Source: Patescibacteria group bacterium
GTDB taxonomy: Bacteria; Patescibacteriota; Microgenomatia; Levybacterales; UBA12049
NCBI GenBank assembly: GCA_035946335.1
Contig: DASYZL010000011.1
Location: 3,569 to 67,568, forward strand
Length of the DNA stretch: 64,000 nucleotides
Direction of reading: 5' to 3'
Shown here: one piece after another, positions 1-9,924 of the stretch
Numbering within the stretch: the stretch's first letter is position 1
Layout of the letters: each line of letters starts with the position of its first letter
Program-made: the position numbers and the translations under genes
The notes under the pieces: model-generated
Databases searched by the model: none
Told to the model about the DNA's origin: nothing
The model's input: only the letters and a program-made list of their open reading frames with translations

Positions 1-83
1 TACGCAAGTATTTCAGTGGTTGCTACAGGATATATTCCAAAGTTTTGTTAAAACGGAGTGACATTGTACAATAGAGATGTTCT

Positions 84-743
84 ATGATACTTCTCGGATT
101 ATGCATTGCCCTTATCATTGTGTTATTTTTACTCTCCAGAGAAGTTTCGCGTTCGCTTGCTACACTTTTTTTCCGGTTGACAAAAAATGAGAAAATTACC
201 TTGTTTCTGTTATCGGTTATCCTCTTACCGGGAGTTGTTGTTCATGAACTTTCTCATCTTCTGACGGCACATCTTCTCTTTGTCAAAGCAGGTAAAATGG
301 AGTTTTTTCCGCAGGTTCAAGGAGAACACATAAAACTGGGGAGTGTTGCCGTGGCAAGATCAGATCCCTTGCGAAAACTTTTCATTGGCGTCTCTCCGCT
401 GTTATTTGGGATCAGCTTGCTCTTCGCTCTTTCTTTTTTTCTTTCTCCTTTTTCTCACACATTTTCCTGGCAAATGTTGCTTTTTGTGTATACACTTTTT
501 GAAGTAGGGAATACCATGTTTTCCAGTAAGAAAGATATGGAAGGCGCAAGGACGCTCCTGTTCCTGCTGGTAATTGGTTTTTTGCTTCTTATTTTCTTTA
601 GCGTTTCAGTGAGACAGCAGGTATTCCAGTTGGTTGGAGCGCCGTTTATGCAGCAAGTGCTGTTGCAGCTTGATAGTATTCTTTTTTGCGTCGTTGTTCT
701 TGACGCCGCGTTCTTTCTCCTGGCAAAGTATTCCCTTCGATAG
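84..743 (+). CDS. Polytopic membrane protein with an HExxH motif (VVVHELSHLL). Putative membrane-embedded zinc metalloprotease.
   Basis: 219-aa ORF with multiple hydrophobic helices. The HELSH motif lies in a predicted helix. No other family-specific motif was recognised. Confidence 0.4.
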   Translation: MILLGLCIALIIVLFLLSREVSRSLATLFFRLTKNEKITLFLLSVILLPGVVVHELSHLLTAHLLFVKAGKMEFFPQVQGEHIKLGSVAVARSDPLRKLFIGVSPLLFGISLLFALSFFLSPFSHTFSWQMLLFVYTLFEVGNTMFSSKKDMEGARTLLFLLVIGFLLLIFFSVSVRQQVFQLVGAPFMQQVLLQLDSILFCVVVLDAAFFLLAKYSLR

Positions 744-751
744 AAAGGAAA

Positions 752-1120
752 TTATGAGCATGAACCGATGCCAAACGCCCTGATACACGAAACGCCGGTA
801 ATGTCGGCAATGAACCCGACAACAAAAAAAGCCAAAAGAACGATAACCAGGCCGATAATGACATACGTTACCGCTTTTTGCGCTTCTTCTATTTTCTTAC
901 TGTCTCCGGCAGCTGTTATGTATCGCATGCCTGCAAAAATGAGAAGAATAACAGCGAGTATACCTACCAGGCCGAGTGCGGCATTAATGAGGAGCTGATA
1001 GAGGACTGGAAGGCACTGAAATGTTGCCACTGCTGATGTTGCTGGTTGTCCAGGGATAAGATACAGACAGCTACCCCAGTTCATATATACTAGCGTAACA
1101 AAGGAAAAAATAAAAAGCAA
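752..1120 (-). CDS. TrbC/VirB2-like pilin-like small membrane protein, paralog of the next gene.
   Basis: Signal-like N-terminus, then two hydrophobic helices around a short polar loop (AAGDSKKIEEAQKAV). The same architecture and loop motif occur in the adjacent 129-aa ORF. The real start may be an internal Met. Confidence 0.4.
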   Translation of the reverse strand: MLFIFSFVTLVYMNWGSCLYLIPGQPATSAVATFQCLPVLYQLLINAALGLVGILAVILLIFAGMRYITAAGDSKKIEEAQKAVTYVIIGLVIVLLAFFVVGFIADITGVSCIRAFGIGSCS

Positions 1121-1132
1121 ACAGCAAGTGTT

Positions 1133-1522
1133 TTATAGATGGGGAAGGGTGAAATTACCCAGTGAAGTTGCGCCATTGGTGAAGAATTGTAGAGCAACAT
1201 TCACAACAAGATAGGAAAGGAAGATAATAACAAGCCCAATGATTGCAGCGACAATATGATGCTGCGCTGTTTCAACTGCTTTTTCATCTCCACCTGACAT
1301 TAACCACTTTATTCCTCCCCAGACAAGATAAAAAAGCGCAATAATTCCGGTTATAACAAAAACAAAGGTAATTGCAGTTCCCACGACATGTCCTAGTTGT
1401 GATGCTTGAAAACAAAGCGCATTAAAACCACCACCGGTTGGACAAGTAGAATCTGCGAAGGCAGAGGAAGTTGCAGAAAGAAATATTGCTGCTGTAGTAA
1501 GAGGAATTACTATTTTTCTCAT
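1133..1522 (-). CDS. TrbC/VirB2-like pilin-like small membrane protein.
   Basis: Signal peptide (AIFLSATSSAFA), Cys-containing N-domain, then two TM helices around the loop SGGDEKAVETAQHH. This is the typical layout of type IV secretion / conjugative pilin (TrbC/VirB2) family proteins. Confidence 0.45.
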   Translation of the reverse strand: MRKIVIPLTTAAIFLSATSSAFADSTCPTGGGFNALCFQASQLGHVVGTAITFVFVITGIIALFYLVWGGIKWLMSGGDEKAVETAQHHIVAAIIGLVIIFLSYLVVNVALQFFTNGATSLGNFTLPHL

Positions 1523-1552
1523 ATAAATTTATCGTAGAGAGCTTTTTTACAT

Positions 1553-1604
1553 TTGTCAAGGCCCTTGACAAAAAAAGGGTGTTTTTGGTATAACATAGCA
1601 ATCA
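1553..1604 (+). promoter_or_regulatory. groES promoter region. Sigma70-like -35 TTGACA (1565-1570) and -10 TATAAC (1589-1594), 18-nt spacing. The perfect palindrome TTGTCAAGG-C-CCTTGACAA (1553-1571) overlaps the -35. A degenerate CIRCE-like half-site ATAGCAATC lies just downstream.
   Basis: Read directly in the intergenic sequence between the divergent pilin-like genes and groES. Confidence 0.35.
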
Positions 1605-1650
1605 ATTATTCACAAAGTGATTATTTTTTATTCTGCCCGCAAAGATTTCT

Positions 1651-1938
1651 ATGAAAGTGACACCATTATTTGATAACATACTGATTGAACCGGAACAGGC
1701 AGAGGAGAAAACTGCTTCAGGTATTATTCTGCCTGATACCGCAAAAGAAAAACCACAGATCGGAAAGGTGGTTGCGGTAGGAAAAGGAAAGACAAACAAA
1801 AAGGGAGAACTTATGCCAATGGCAGTAAAAGCAGGAGATAAAGTCATGTACAAGAAATGGGGAGGCAATGAAGTGAAAGTTAATGGAAAAGAAATGACAT
1901 TAGTAAGTCAGGAAGATGTTCTGGCAATTGTAGGATAA
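1651..1938 (+). CDS. groES: Co-chaperonin GroES (Hsp10).
   Basis: 95 aa. The N-terminus LFDNILIEPEQAEEKTASGIILPDTAKEKPQIGKVVAVGKG is the characteristic GroES sequence. It sits immediately upstream of groEL. Confidence 0.92.
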   Translation: MKVTPLFDNILIEPEQAEEKTASGIILPDTAKEKPQIGKVVAVGKGKTNKKGELMPMAVKAGDKVMYKKWGGNEVKVNGKEMTLVSQEDVLAIVG

Positions 1939-1941
1939 ACT

Positions 1942-3573
<1,632 letters not shown>

Positions 3574-3738
3574 CGGATACCTCTACCTGATCCATCCACC
3601 TCATCTTTTACCAACACTTTATTCACATAAATAGTTGCAAAGAGTTACGTAGTTGTCATGCGTGTTCTCATTCGTTTAGAATAGAAACAACTCTGTTTAT
3701 AGTCAATAGTTTGCAGGTTGGGAAGGTAAAGTGAGCAT

Positions 3739-4212
3739 ATGAAATACTTTGCATACGGGTCGAACATGGACCCGCAGCAAATGAAAGAGAGAAAAGTAGC
3801 GTTTACCGAACGAATTGCCGCAACGCTCATTGGTTATGAGTTACGATTTCACAGGAAATGGAAAAAGTATCCTGGGTATTGCGTGGCGAATATTGTGCCC
3901 AAGCTGCAAGGCATCGTGGAAGGCGCTTTATATACCATCCCGGACAATAATATTGCAAAATTGGATGTGTATGAAGGATATCCCCGTGAATACAGCAGGA
4001 AGGATGTGCGAGTCACGCTGCACGATCATTCTGAGGTTTCCACTGTTGTATACATTTCAAATCCAAAACAGATACAGGAAAACTTACCAATACACACCGA
4101 TTATCTCAGTCATGTACTTGAGGGTAAGGATATTGTTTCAAATACATATTTTGAGTTTTTGGAATCGTTTCGAGCAAGAATAGGATCAGAAGAAAATGCT
4201 ACTATTTCTTAG
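3739..4212 (+). CDS. Gamma-glutamyl cyclotransferase-like (AIG2/GGCT family) protein.
   Basis: The N-terminal YFAYGSNM motif (YGSN box) is typical of GGCT-like proteins. Length is 157 aa. Confidence 0.6.
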   Translation: MKYFAYGSNMDPQQMKERKVAFTERIAATLIGYELRFHRKWKKYPGYCVANIVPKLQGIVEGALYTIPDNNIAKLDVYEGYPREYSRKDVRVTLHDHSEVSTVVYISNPKQIQENLPIHTDYLSHVLEGKDIVSNTYFEFLESFRARIGSEENATIS

Positions 4213-4439
4213 CATGTTTAAAATATTCCACTTGGCGTAGTCGTTTCTTTGCTTCCTCCTTTGTTGTATAAGGGCCACCGAGGTTTCTTCCTGTTTTTTC
4301 TGAGAGAACGTAGTATCCATTTTTTTCTTTACAATCATATTAGTATTATATACCGATCATGCAATTGATTGACATATTTATTTGATTGAGAAAATATTTC
4401 TTCAGAAAACGCTTTATGCTATAGTGAGATGTATCAGCT

Positions 4440-5279
4440 ATGAAAAAACTGCTCCTGTTTCTTCTTCCTGTGGTTATCGCGACAGGCCTTTTTATTGCAT
4501 ATATTACCTTTATTGCAAAGGATAACGGGAAAGGAGCGTTACAGGTGACGTCAGTACCGGTAAGCAGTGTGTATCTGAATGGAACATTTATCGGCAAAAC
4601 ACCGCTTTGCAAATGCGATGCGTTATCAACTATTCCTGTTGGTGATTATGCACTTCGTGTTGTGCCGGTTGATGCATCCTTTGCCCAGGAAGCATTCGCG
4701 CAACACATAATCATTGCGAAAGGCGTACTCACTGTTATTGACAGAACGTTTGGTGTTGGTCCAACGTCGCAAGGGAGTATCATTGCTTTGTCTCCCATAA
4801 CAGATAGCACTGTTGCCCAACTGGCTCTATCGTCGATTCCAACCGGCGTTGCTGTTTCGCTTGACGGGAATACAGTTGGTAATACACCCCTCACCGTGTC
4901 TCACGTCATTGAATCCGATCATGATGTGTTATTCAGTAAAAGTGGATATAAACTAAAAGATATTCCAGTGCATACCAGAAACGGATACAAACTTTCTGTT
5001 GTCGCGTATCTAGCAATTGATCCTACTGCAATCGCATCTGCGTCTGCATCTACTGCCAGTAGTTCCGCGTCACAATCTGTGCAAAAAGTCATTATTCTTG
5101 ACACGCCAACAGGGTTTTTACGGGTGAGAAGCGAACCAAGCCTCGGCGGTACTGAAGTGGCGCAGGTAAAGCCGGGTGAAACCTACACACTGTTAAATGA
5201 GCAAGACGGATGGTATGAAATAAAGTTGTCCGATACGCAAACAGGGTGGGTAAACAGTACCTATGCGAGCAAACAGTGA
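4440..5279 (+). CDS. Membrane-anchored protein with two PEGA domains and a C-terminal bacterial SH3-like domain.
   Basis: N-terminal TM anchor. Two PEGA-like motifs (SVYLNGTFIGKTPL and PTGVAVSLDGNTVGNTPL). The C-terminal GFLRVRSEPS...GWYEI...GWV region resembles SH3b. Confidence 0.55.
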   Translation: MKKLLLFLLPVVIATGLFIAYITFIAKDNGKGALQVTSVPVSSVYLNGTFIGKTPLCKCDALSTIPVGDYALRVVPVDASFAQEAFAQHIIIAKGVLTVIDRTFGVGPTSQGSIIALSPITDSTVAQLALSSIPTGVAVSLDGNTVGNTPLTVSHVIESDHDVLFSKSGYKLKDIPVHTRNGYKLSVVAYLAIDPTAIASASASTASSSASQSVQKVIILDTPTGFLRVRSEPSLGGTEVAQVKPGETYTLLNEQDGWYEIKLSDTQTGWVNSTYASKQ

Positions 5280-5447
5280 CTATACGTATCATGCGCTCAT
5301 AATATTCCCTTGACATAGTACATTGTGTACTATGTACCTTGAAACTATATTACGTCAAAAGAGGTACGATGTATCTCATCTTCTGCAGTAAAAAAAGGAG
5401 GTGAAAATCTAAGATCGACCAACTCGCGTAGCTGATCCTCGAAATGA

Positions 5448-5486
5448 AGTTTGAAACATTCGTGCTTGGTCCGAATGTTTCAAACT
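5448..5486. other. Perfect 15-bp inverted repeat (AGTTTGAAACATTCG / CGAATGTTTCAAACT) with a 9-nt loop, in the intergenic region.
   Basis: Read directly in the sequence. No T-run follows on either strand, so it is not a canonical intrinsic terminator. Confidence 0.5.
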
Positions 5487-5567
5487 GTTACAAATGAGCT
5501 TGGTTTACGATATGTGTTGAGACTCAAAATTAAGTTAATCACTCCATGAGGGAAAGAAACTCTAGCT

Positions 5568-5939
5568 TTAATAAAGGTGTGAAAGCTGAGAAAACGTTAT
5601 GACAATAAGAAGAAAACCTAATGTAATACCACAAGTAATCAAAACTGAATCTAGCACAAACATATGCTGATACAAACGCTTTGAAATATTGATGAAGAAA
5701 AAGAAAATAAGCATTCCCCCAAGAAACACTTGTGCTATTGCTGCTATGGAAAACAAAATAATGACTAAAAATGCATACCAAGTCATTGTAGTATCGCTTT
5801 TCCAGGGAAAAAATAAAGGTAAAGTCAAGTATCCTTCAAAAATACCTAATGATATTGAGCATAAAGCTAATAACAGACTACCAAACGGTCTCTCAATTGT
5901 ATTTTTCCACTTTTGTTTCGTATCACTACTATGACGCAT
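5568..5939 (-). CDS. Hypothetical small membrane protein.
   Basis: 123-aa ORF with 3-4 hydrophobic helices. No motif recognised. Confidence 0.3.
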   Translation of the reverse strand: MRHSSDTKQKWKNTIERPFGSLLLALCSISLGIFEGYLTLPLFFPWKSDTTMTWYAFLVIILFSIAAIAQVFLGGMLIFFFFINISKRLYQHMFVLDSVLITCGITLGFLLIVITFSQLSHLY

Positions 5940-6093
5940 TTTCTTAACAGACGCAACAAGAAATTGCTTAGGTCGGTTTTGCGATAATCCGCAGAATTAC
6001 ATTTGACAAGCAACTTCTTTTCTGAAATGCCTATCAAGGTAAAATTATGAGAAAATATATACCAGATGAGTTATATTTTATCTTCCATCATGC

Positions 6094-7050
6094 TTAGCTC
6101 GCGCCGGTTATGTAAATAATTACGACAACTAACAGCATCCAGATGATAACTGAAGCTAAGAGTGGTATATCTGATAACAGCACTTTTTCAGGGCTCTCGC
6201 CTTCATGTTTTTCGTAGATATCCTGTAAGTACCGCATAAGTCCGTAAACAACAGGGATTATCGTGACCATAAGCCATTTGCGCTGGAATGCCGGAGGAAG
6301 GAAGTCAGGAAGAAATATGCTGAGGTTTAATTTCAGCCCTTGCGGATTTTCCAGAAAAGTGAAGAGTGAATAAAAAATAACTGCAGCGGTTGCAAAAATT
6401 GCCGCGTAAACGTCAAGTAATCGTTCAGAATAATGAGAAAGCGTTGCGCGTGTTGCTTCTTTGTCCACACCGGGAATGTGAGAAATAAGGGTAAGCTCTG
6501 ATCTTCGTTTGCCGACACCCAGAAACAGGGAAAGTGCGACCGTTGCCAGAACAAGCCAAACAGAAATATGGAATCCGCTTGCCACTTCTCCGGCATATAC
6601 CCGTAGGATGTAGCCGGTTGCCAGCGTCAGAATATCAAGCACTGCAATGTTTTTGAATTTCATAGAATAAAGCAGTTGTAGCGCGAGGTAGACAAGAGCT
6701 AAGAGAAAAAACCCTTTTCCGATCAGAAGACCTCCTGCTAAAGAGCAAATAGTCAAGATAAAGAATAAAACCAGGGCATACGGAATACTCAGATCTTTGT
6801 GCGCCAAAGGACGAAAGCGTTTAAAGGGATGCATCCGGTCTTTTTCAATATCAAAAATATCATTAATCACGTAAATTGCAGATGAAAGTCCACAAAAGAT
6901 AAAGAATGCAAGCCATACCTGTCCCAGAACGGGAATATTAAACAGCTGTCCGGTAAATATGATTGCACCAAAAACAGCGAAATTTTTAATCCACTGTTTT
7001 GGACGAAGCAATTTGAGTGTTTTAATGAATACGTTTTTCATTGTTTGCAT
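6094..7050 (-). CDS. UbiA-family polyprenyl-phosphate transferase. Resembles decaprenyl-phosphate phosphoribosyltransferase (DPPR synthase).
   Basis: N-terminal LRPKQWIKNFAVF motif. Asp-rich motif NDIFDIEKD in a cytoplasmic loop. About 8 TM helices, 318 aa. Confidence 0.7.
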   Translation of the reverse strand: MQTMKNVFIKTLKLLRPKQWIKNFAVFGAIIFTGQLFNIPVLGQVWLAFFIFCGLSSAIYVINDIFDIEKDRMHPFKRFRPLAHKDLSIPYALVLFFILTICSLAGGLLIGKGFFLLALVYLALQLLYSMKFKNIAVLDILTLATGYILRVYAGEVASGFHISVWLVLATVALSLFLGVGKRRSELTLISHIPGVDKEATRATLSHYSERLLDVYAAIFATAAVIFYSLFTFLENPQGLKLNLSIFLPDFLPPAFQRKWLMVTIIPVVYGLMRYLQDIYEKHEGESPEKVLLSDIPLLASVIIWMLLVVVIIYITGAS

Positions 7051-8083
7051 CTGTTAGCTTGAGGAGAAAAAAGAGTATGCCACTGCATACAACAATAAGC
7101 ATGAGAATGGCTAACGCCTTTTCCCTACTGGAAAGCGCAAGTGCAATCATACCCAATACAGCTGAGAAAAACCAGTAGGTAAGAGCAATGCGACGCTGCC
7201 CGAATCCGATTTTCAGTAAAAGGTGGTGTAAATGTTTTTTGTCCCCCAGAAACGGCGACTTTCCCGAAAAAATCCTCCTAATGAGGGTAAATAACCCGTC
7301 TGTCATGGGAACTCCCATAACAAGAATTGCCGTTGCCAGTTTTGCCCCGGACAAAATGGAAGCAGCGCTAAGGAGAAGATAGATAGCAGTCGCGCCGTAT
7401 CCGGGGAAAATTTTTGCAGGATAGAAATTCCAAACCAAAAAACCAAGAGATGCACCAGTAATCAAAAAAGAAATAGTTGCGGCAATTTGCGTTTGTATAT
7501 CCGAGACTGGAAAACGAAGGCTCAACAGGCCGATAAAGAATGAAGAAATTGCAACAACACCCGGCATTTGTCCATCCACCCCTTTACTCCAGTTAAGCAT
7601 ATTCATAACCCAGACAATCCAAAAGATTGCTAGTACATCGGAAATCGGATACAGCGTGTGTGTACCAAGGAAATAGAACGAATATTTGATAAGATCAAAA
7701 TGAATGATGCCCCCAAAGGGATTAGTAATGAACGGAATACCGATGCCGCTTGCAACGACAATCCCTGCGCATAAAAAATTCACTCCGAATCGTATATAGC
7801 GGGAGATGTCGTATTTATCGTCCAGCGTGCCGATAATAAGGGCAAAAAGGGAAGCAGTAAAAAGCGCAACAGATATCTTTGTAATAGGGAGAAAAAAAAT
7901 ACCTCCTAAAACTCCCAGAAAAAGTGCGATTCCCCCTGCTCTGGGAATTGGTTTCGTGTGTATGAGTGCCGGGTGCTTATGTATTTTCGGGTCATCAATC
8001 AATCCTGTTTTTTGGGCAAATATAATCACTAGTGGCGTTGTAGCGAGGGTGATCAGGAACGAAACGAGTACAGGAAGTATCAT
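7022..8083 (-). CDS. Glycosyltransferase family 4 polyprenyl-phosphate sugar-1-phosphate transferase (MraY/WecA family).
   Basis: Polytopic membrane protein, 353 aa. Typical MraY/WecA features are present (LIDDPKIHKHPALIHTKPIPRAGG, an Asp-rich loop, VDGQMPGV). Confidence 0.75.
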   Translation of the reverse strand: MILPVLVSFLITLATTPLVIIFAQKTGLIDDPKIHKHPALIHTKPIPRAGGIALFLGVLGGIFFLPITKISVALFTASLFALIIGTLDDKYDISRYIRFGVNFLCAGIVVASGIGIPFITNPFGGIIHFDLIKYSFYFLGTHTLYPISDVLAIFWIVWVMNMLNWSKGVDGQMPGVVAISSFFIGLLSLRFPVSDIQTQIAATISFLITGASLGFLVWNFYPAKIFPGYGATAIYLLLSAASILSGAKLATAILVMGVPMTDGLFTLIRRIFSGKSPFLGDKKHLHHLLLKIGFGQRRIALTYWFFSAVLGMIALALSSREKALAILMLIVVCSGILFFLLKLTDANNEKRIH

Positions 8084-8086
8084 ATG

Positions 8087-8464
8087 CTACAAAATAATGA
8101 GCAATAATTTTAACGTGAAAACGCAAGTAAAGAAAGCAAGGGCGATATTGGTAAGCGCAAGCATTCTACTTAACAGAACTGCCTTTTCCTTTAAGAAGAA
8201 AGCAAAACATATATTTCCTGCGAAAAAACAAACGGCAAGGCAAGGCAGGAGAAAAATCTGCCAGGATGGACCAAGGCGATCATACCCCCAGCTCATTTTG
8301 TTATACAGTGGAAGAACCGGTGGGAGGTGTTGATAAAATATGCCTAGTGTACAACCACAACAAACGAAAAACAGCATCGTGATAAGAAAGCTCCACAGTT
8401 GTATAGAATCAGAAAAAAAACGATTAGAATGCGTGTTCATATATAAAAACTCCGTTAATAACAA
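8087..8464 (-). CDS. Hypothetical small membrane protein inside the glycosylation cluster.
   Basis: 125-aa hydrophobic ORF lying between a GT4 gene and a GT-C gene. Confidence 0.3.
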   Translation of the reverse strand: MLLTEFLYMNTHSNRFFSDSIQLWSFLITMLFFVCCGCTLGIFYQHLPPVLPLYNKMSWGYDRLGPSWQIFLLPCLAVCFFAGNICFAFFLKEKAVLLSRMLALTNIALAFFTCVFTLKLLLIIL

Positions 8465-9920
8465 GTCGTTCCTGATATCCGTATAATGAATAGGGAAGAC
8501 TATCTTGATTGGGGAAGATAACGATAAGATCAGGTTTTGTTCTTAAGAGTACTGCTTGTGTCTCTGCGTAATTTTTCGCGGTCATCGTCATGTGATAAGC
8601 AACAATAAACCTTCCCGGTGGTAATGTATTGGTAAGCCGGTAAATTTGTCCACTGTTTCCCCAGAGAAATACACGCTGCCCTTGTTTACGGTGAGTATTG
8701 ATGTACGCGGCGATATCATAATCTCTTGGATTGACTTTGTCAAAAAACGAACGGTATGCAACAAGATTTTTATTACCCCAAGCGAATGCAAGAAAGTTTT
8801 GATAGTAACCAAACGTGTAATTGTATACAGGAAAGTTAGACAAACAAAAGGCAAAAACGACAACGCCGATAATTGCCAATAGCCCCTTCATTTTTTTACT
8901 GTTTGCAATTGTTCCAAGAAAAAGAGAAAAACTTGGTACGGCAATTAATATGTAGTGAGTATACCCTCGCCCCGAAAACAAAGCGCTGTATAATGCAAAG
9001 GCAAGCCAGAGCCATACAAACATGCCACTGTGAGAGACGTATGTACGTCTTAAGAAAAGGAAAGCGGCAAAAGTGAGGAGCAGTACTGTTTTTAATAAAA
9101 GAAATCCTTGAGGAATAACGTGGTGGGTAAAGGGAATATACACTTGATTGCCGTAGTTAACGTAGCCAACATTACTAAAGAGCGTTGCCTGGATAAATGA
9201 GCTAAATGCGTGGTTCAGGATGAAAAAAAGAGCGGTGAGAAAAATAGGAAGAACAAATCCTGCCACAATGGGAATACAATAAAAGAGTGTTTGTATCAGA
9301 TGCTTGATGTCCTCATACAGGATAATGAAAAGAAAACAGGTAAATGCTCCCATATCAAACACGCCGACAACCTTTAAGAGGAAAGAACAGCTGAGTAACA
9401 TACCTGCCAAAAAAAGCAACAGTTTCTCGTGCTGATTTCTCTTTTCAGTTACCCAGGCAACAAGGAGACCGGCAGTAACAGTCGGAAGAACCATGAAATT
9501 TTCCGCATTGGCAATGTTGCCTTCGAGGATAGGCGTTGCAAGTAAAAAGGCGTAGACAGCAGTTGTCGTGAATGCGATCGCTCGTGACTTGAATAACAGT
9601 TTACTGAGAAAAAAGAAAACCCAGATAGAAGCTACACCGATAAGAAAAGAAAAAATGCGTACCGGTTGCTGTGAACCATCAAATAATCCGTAAATAAGGT
9701 ATAAAAAAGGCGGCTTATTGTCCCAAATGCCTTGATAGAGGAAGCGTCCATGATTTAAAGCATAGCCAATGACTTCATAAATACCTTCGTCGCCATACCA
9801 GTACGGTTCGAAAAATGAAGGTAAGCGAAGGAGAAAAAAGACAAACGACAAGCAGAATAAAAACCATGTTACGGGATTTTTTTCAATACTGGTTAAATGT
9901 TTCATAAACATGCACGACAA
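8424..9920 (-). CDS. GT-C fold membrane glycosyltransferase (ArnT/PMT-like, polyprenyl-phosphate-sugar dependent).
   Basis: 498 aa with more than 10 TM helices. The first-loop DE motif (YWYGDEGIYEV) is typical of the GT39/GT83 PMT_2 family. Confidence 0.6.
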   Translation of the reverse strand: MSCMFMKHLTSIEKNPVTWFLFCLSFVFFLLRLPSFFEPYWYGDEGIYEVIGYALNHGRFLYQGIWDNKPPFLYLIYGLFDGSQQPVRIFSFLIGVASIWVFFFLSKLLFKSRAIAFTTTAVYAFLLATPILEGNIANAENFMVLPTVTAGLLVAWVTEKRNQHEKLLLFLAGMLLSCSFLLKVVGVFDMGAFTCFLFIILYEDIKHLIQTLFYCIPIVAGFVLPIFLTALFFILNHAFSSFIQATLFSNVGYVNYGNQVYIPFTHHVIPQGFLLLKTVLLLTFAAFLFLRRTYVSHSGMFVWLWLAFALYSALFSGRGYTHYILIAVPSFSLFLGTIANSKKMKGLLAIIGVVVFAFCLSNFPVYNYTFGYYQNFLAFAWGNKNLVAYRSFFDKVNPRDYDIAAYINTHRKQGQRVFLWGNSGQIYRLTNTLPPGRFIVAYHMTMTAKNYAETQAVLLRTKPDLIVIFPNQDSLPYSLYGYQERLVINGVFIYEHAF

Positions 9921-9924
9921 TGCA

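Noticed and set aside
3815-4183. 122-aa ORF in an alternative frame within the GGCT-like gene
   Set aside because: It is same-strand and out of frame with a gene that carries the YGSNM family motif, and it has no features of its own.
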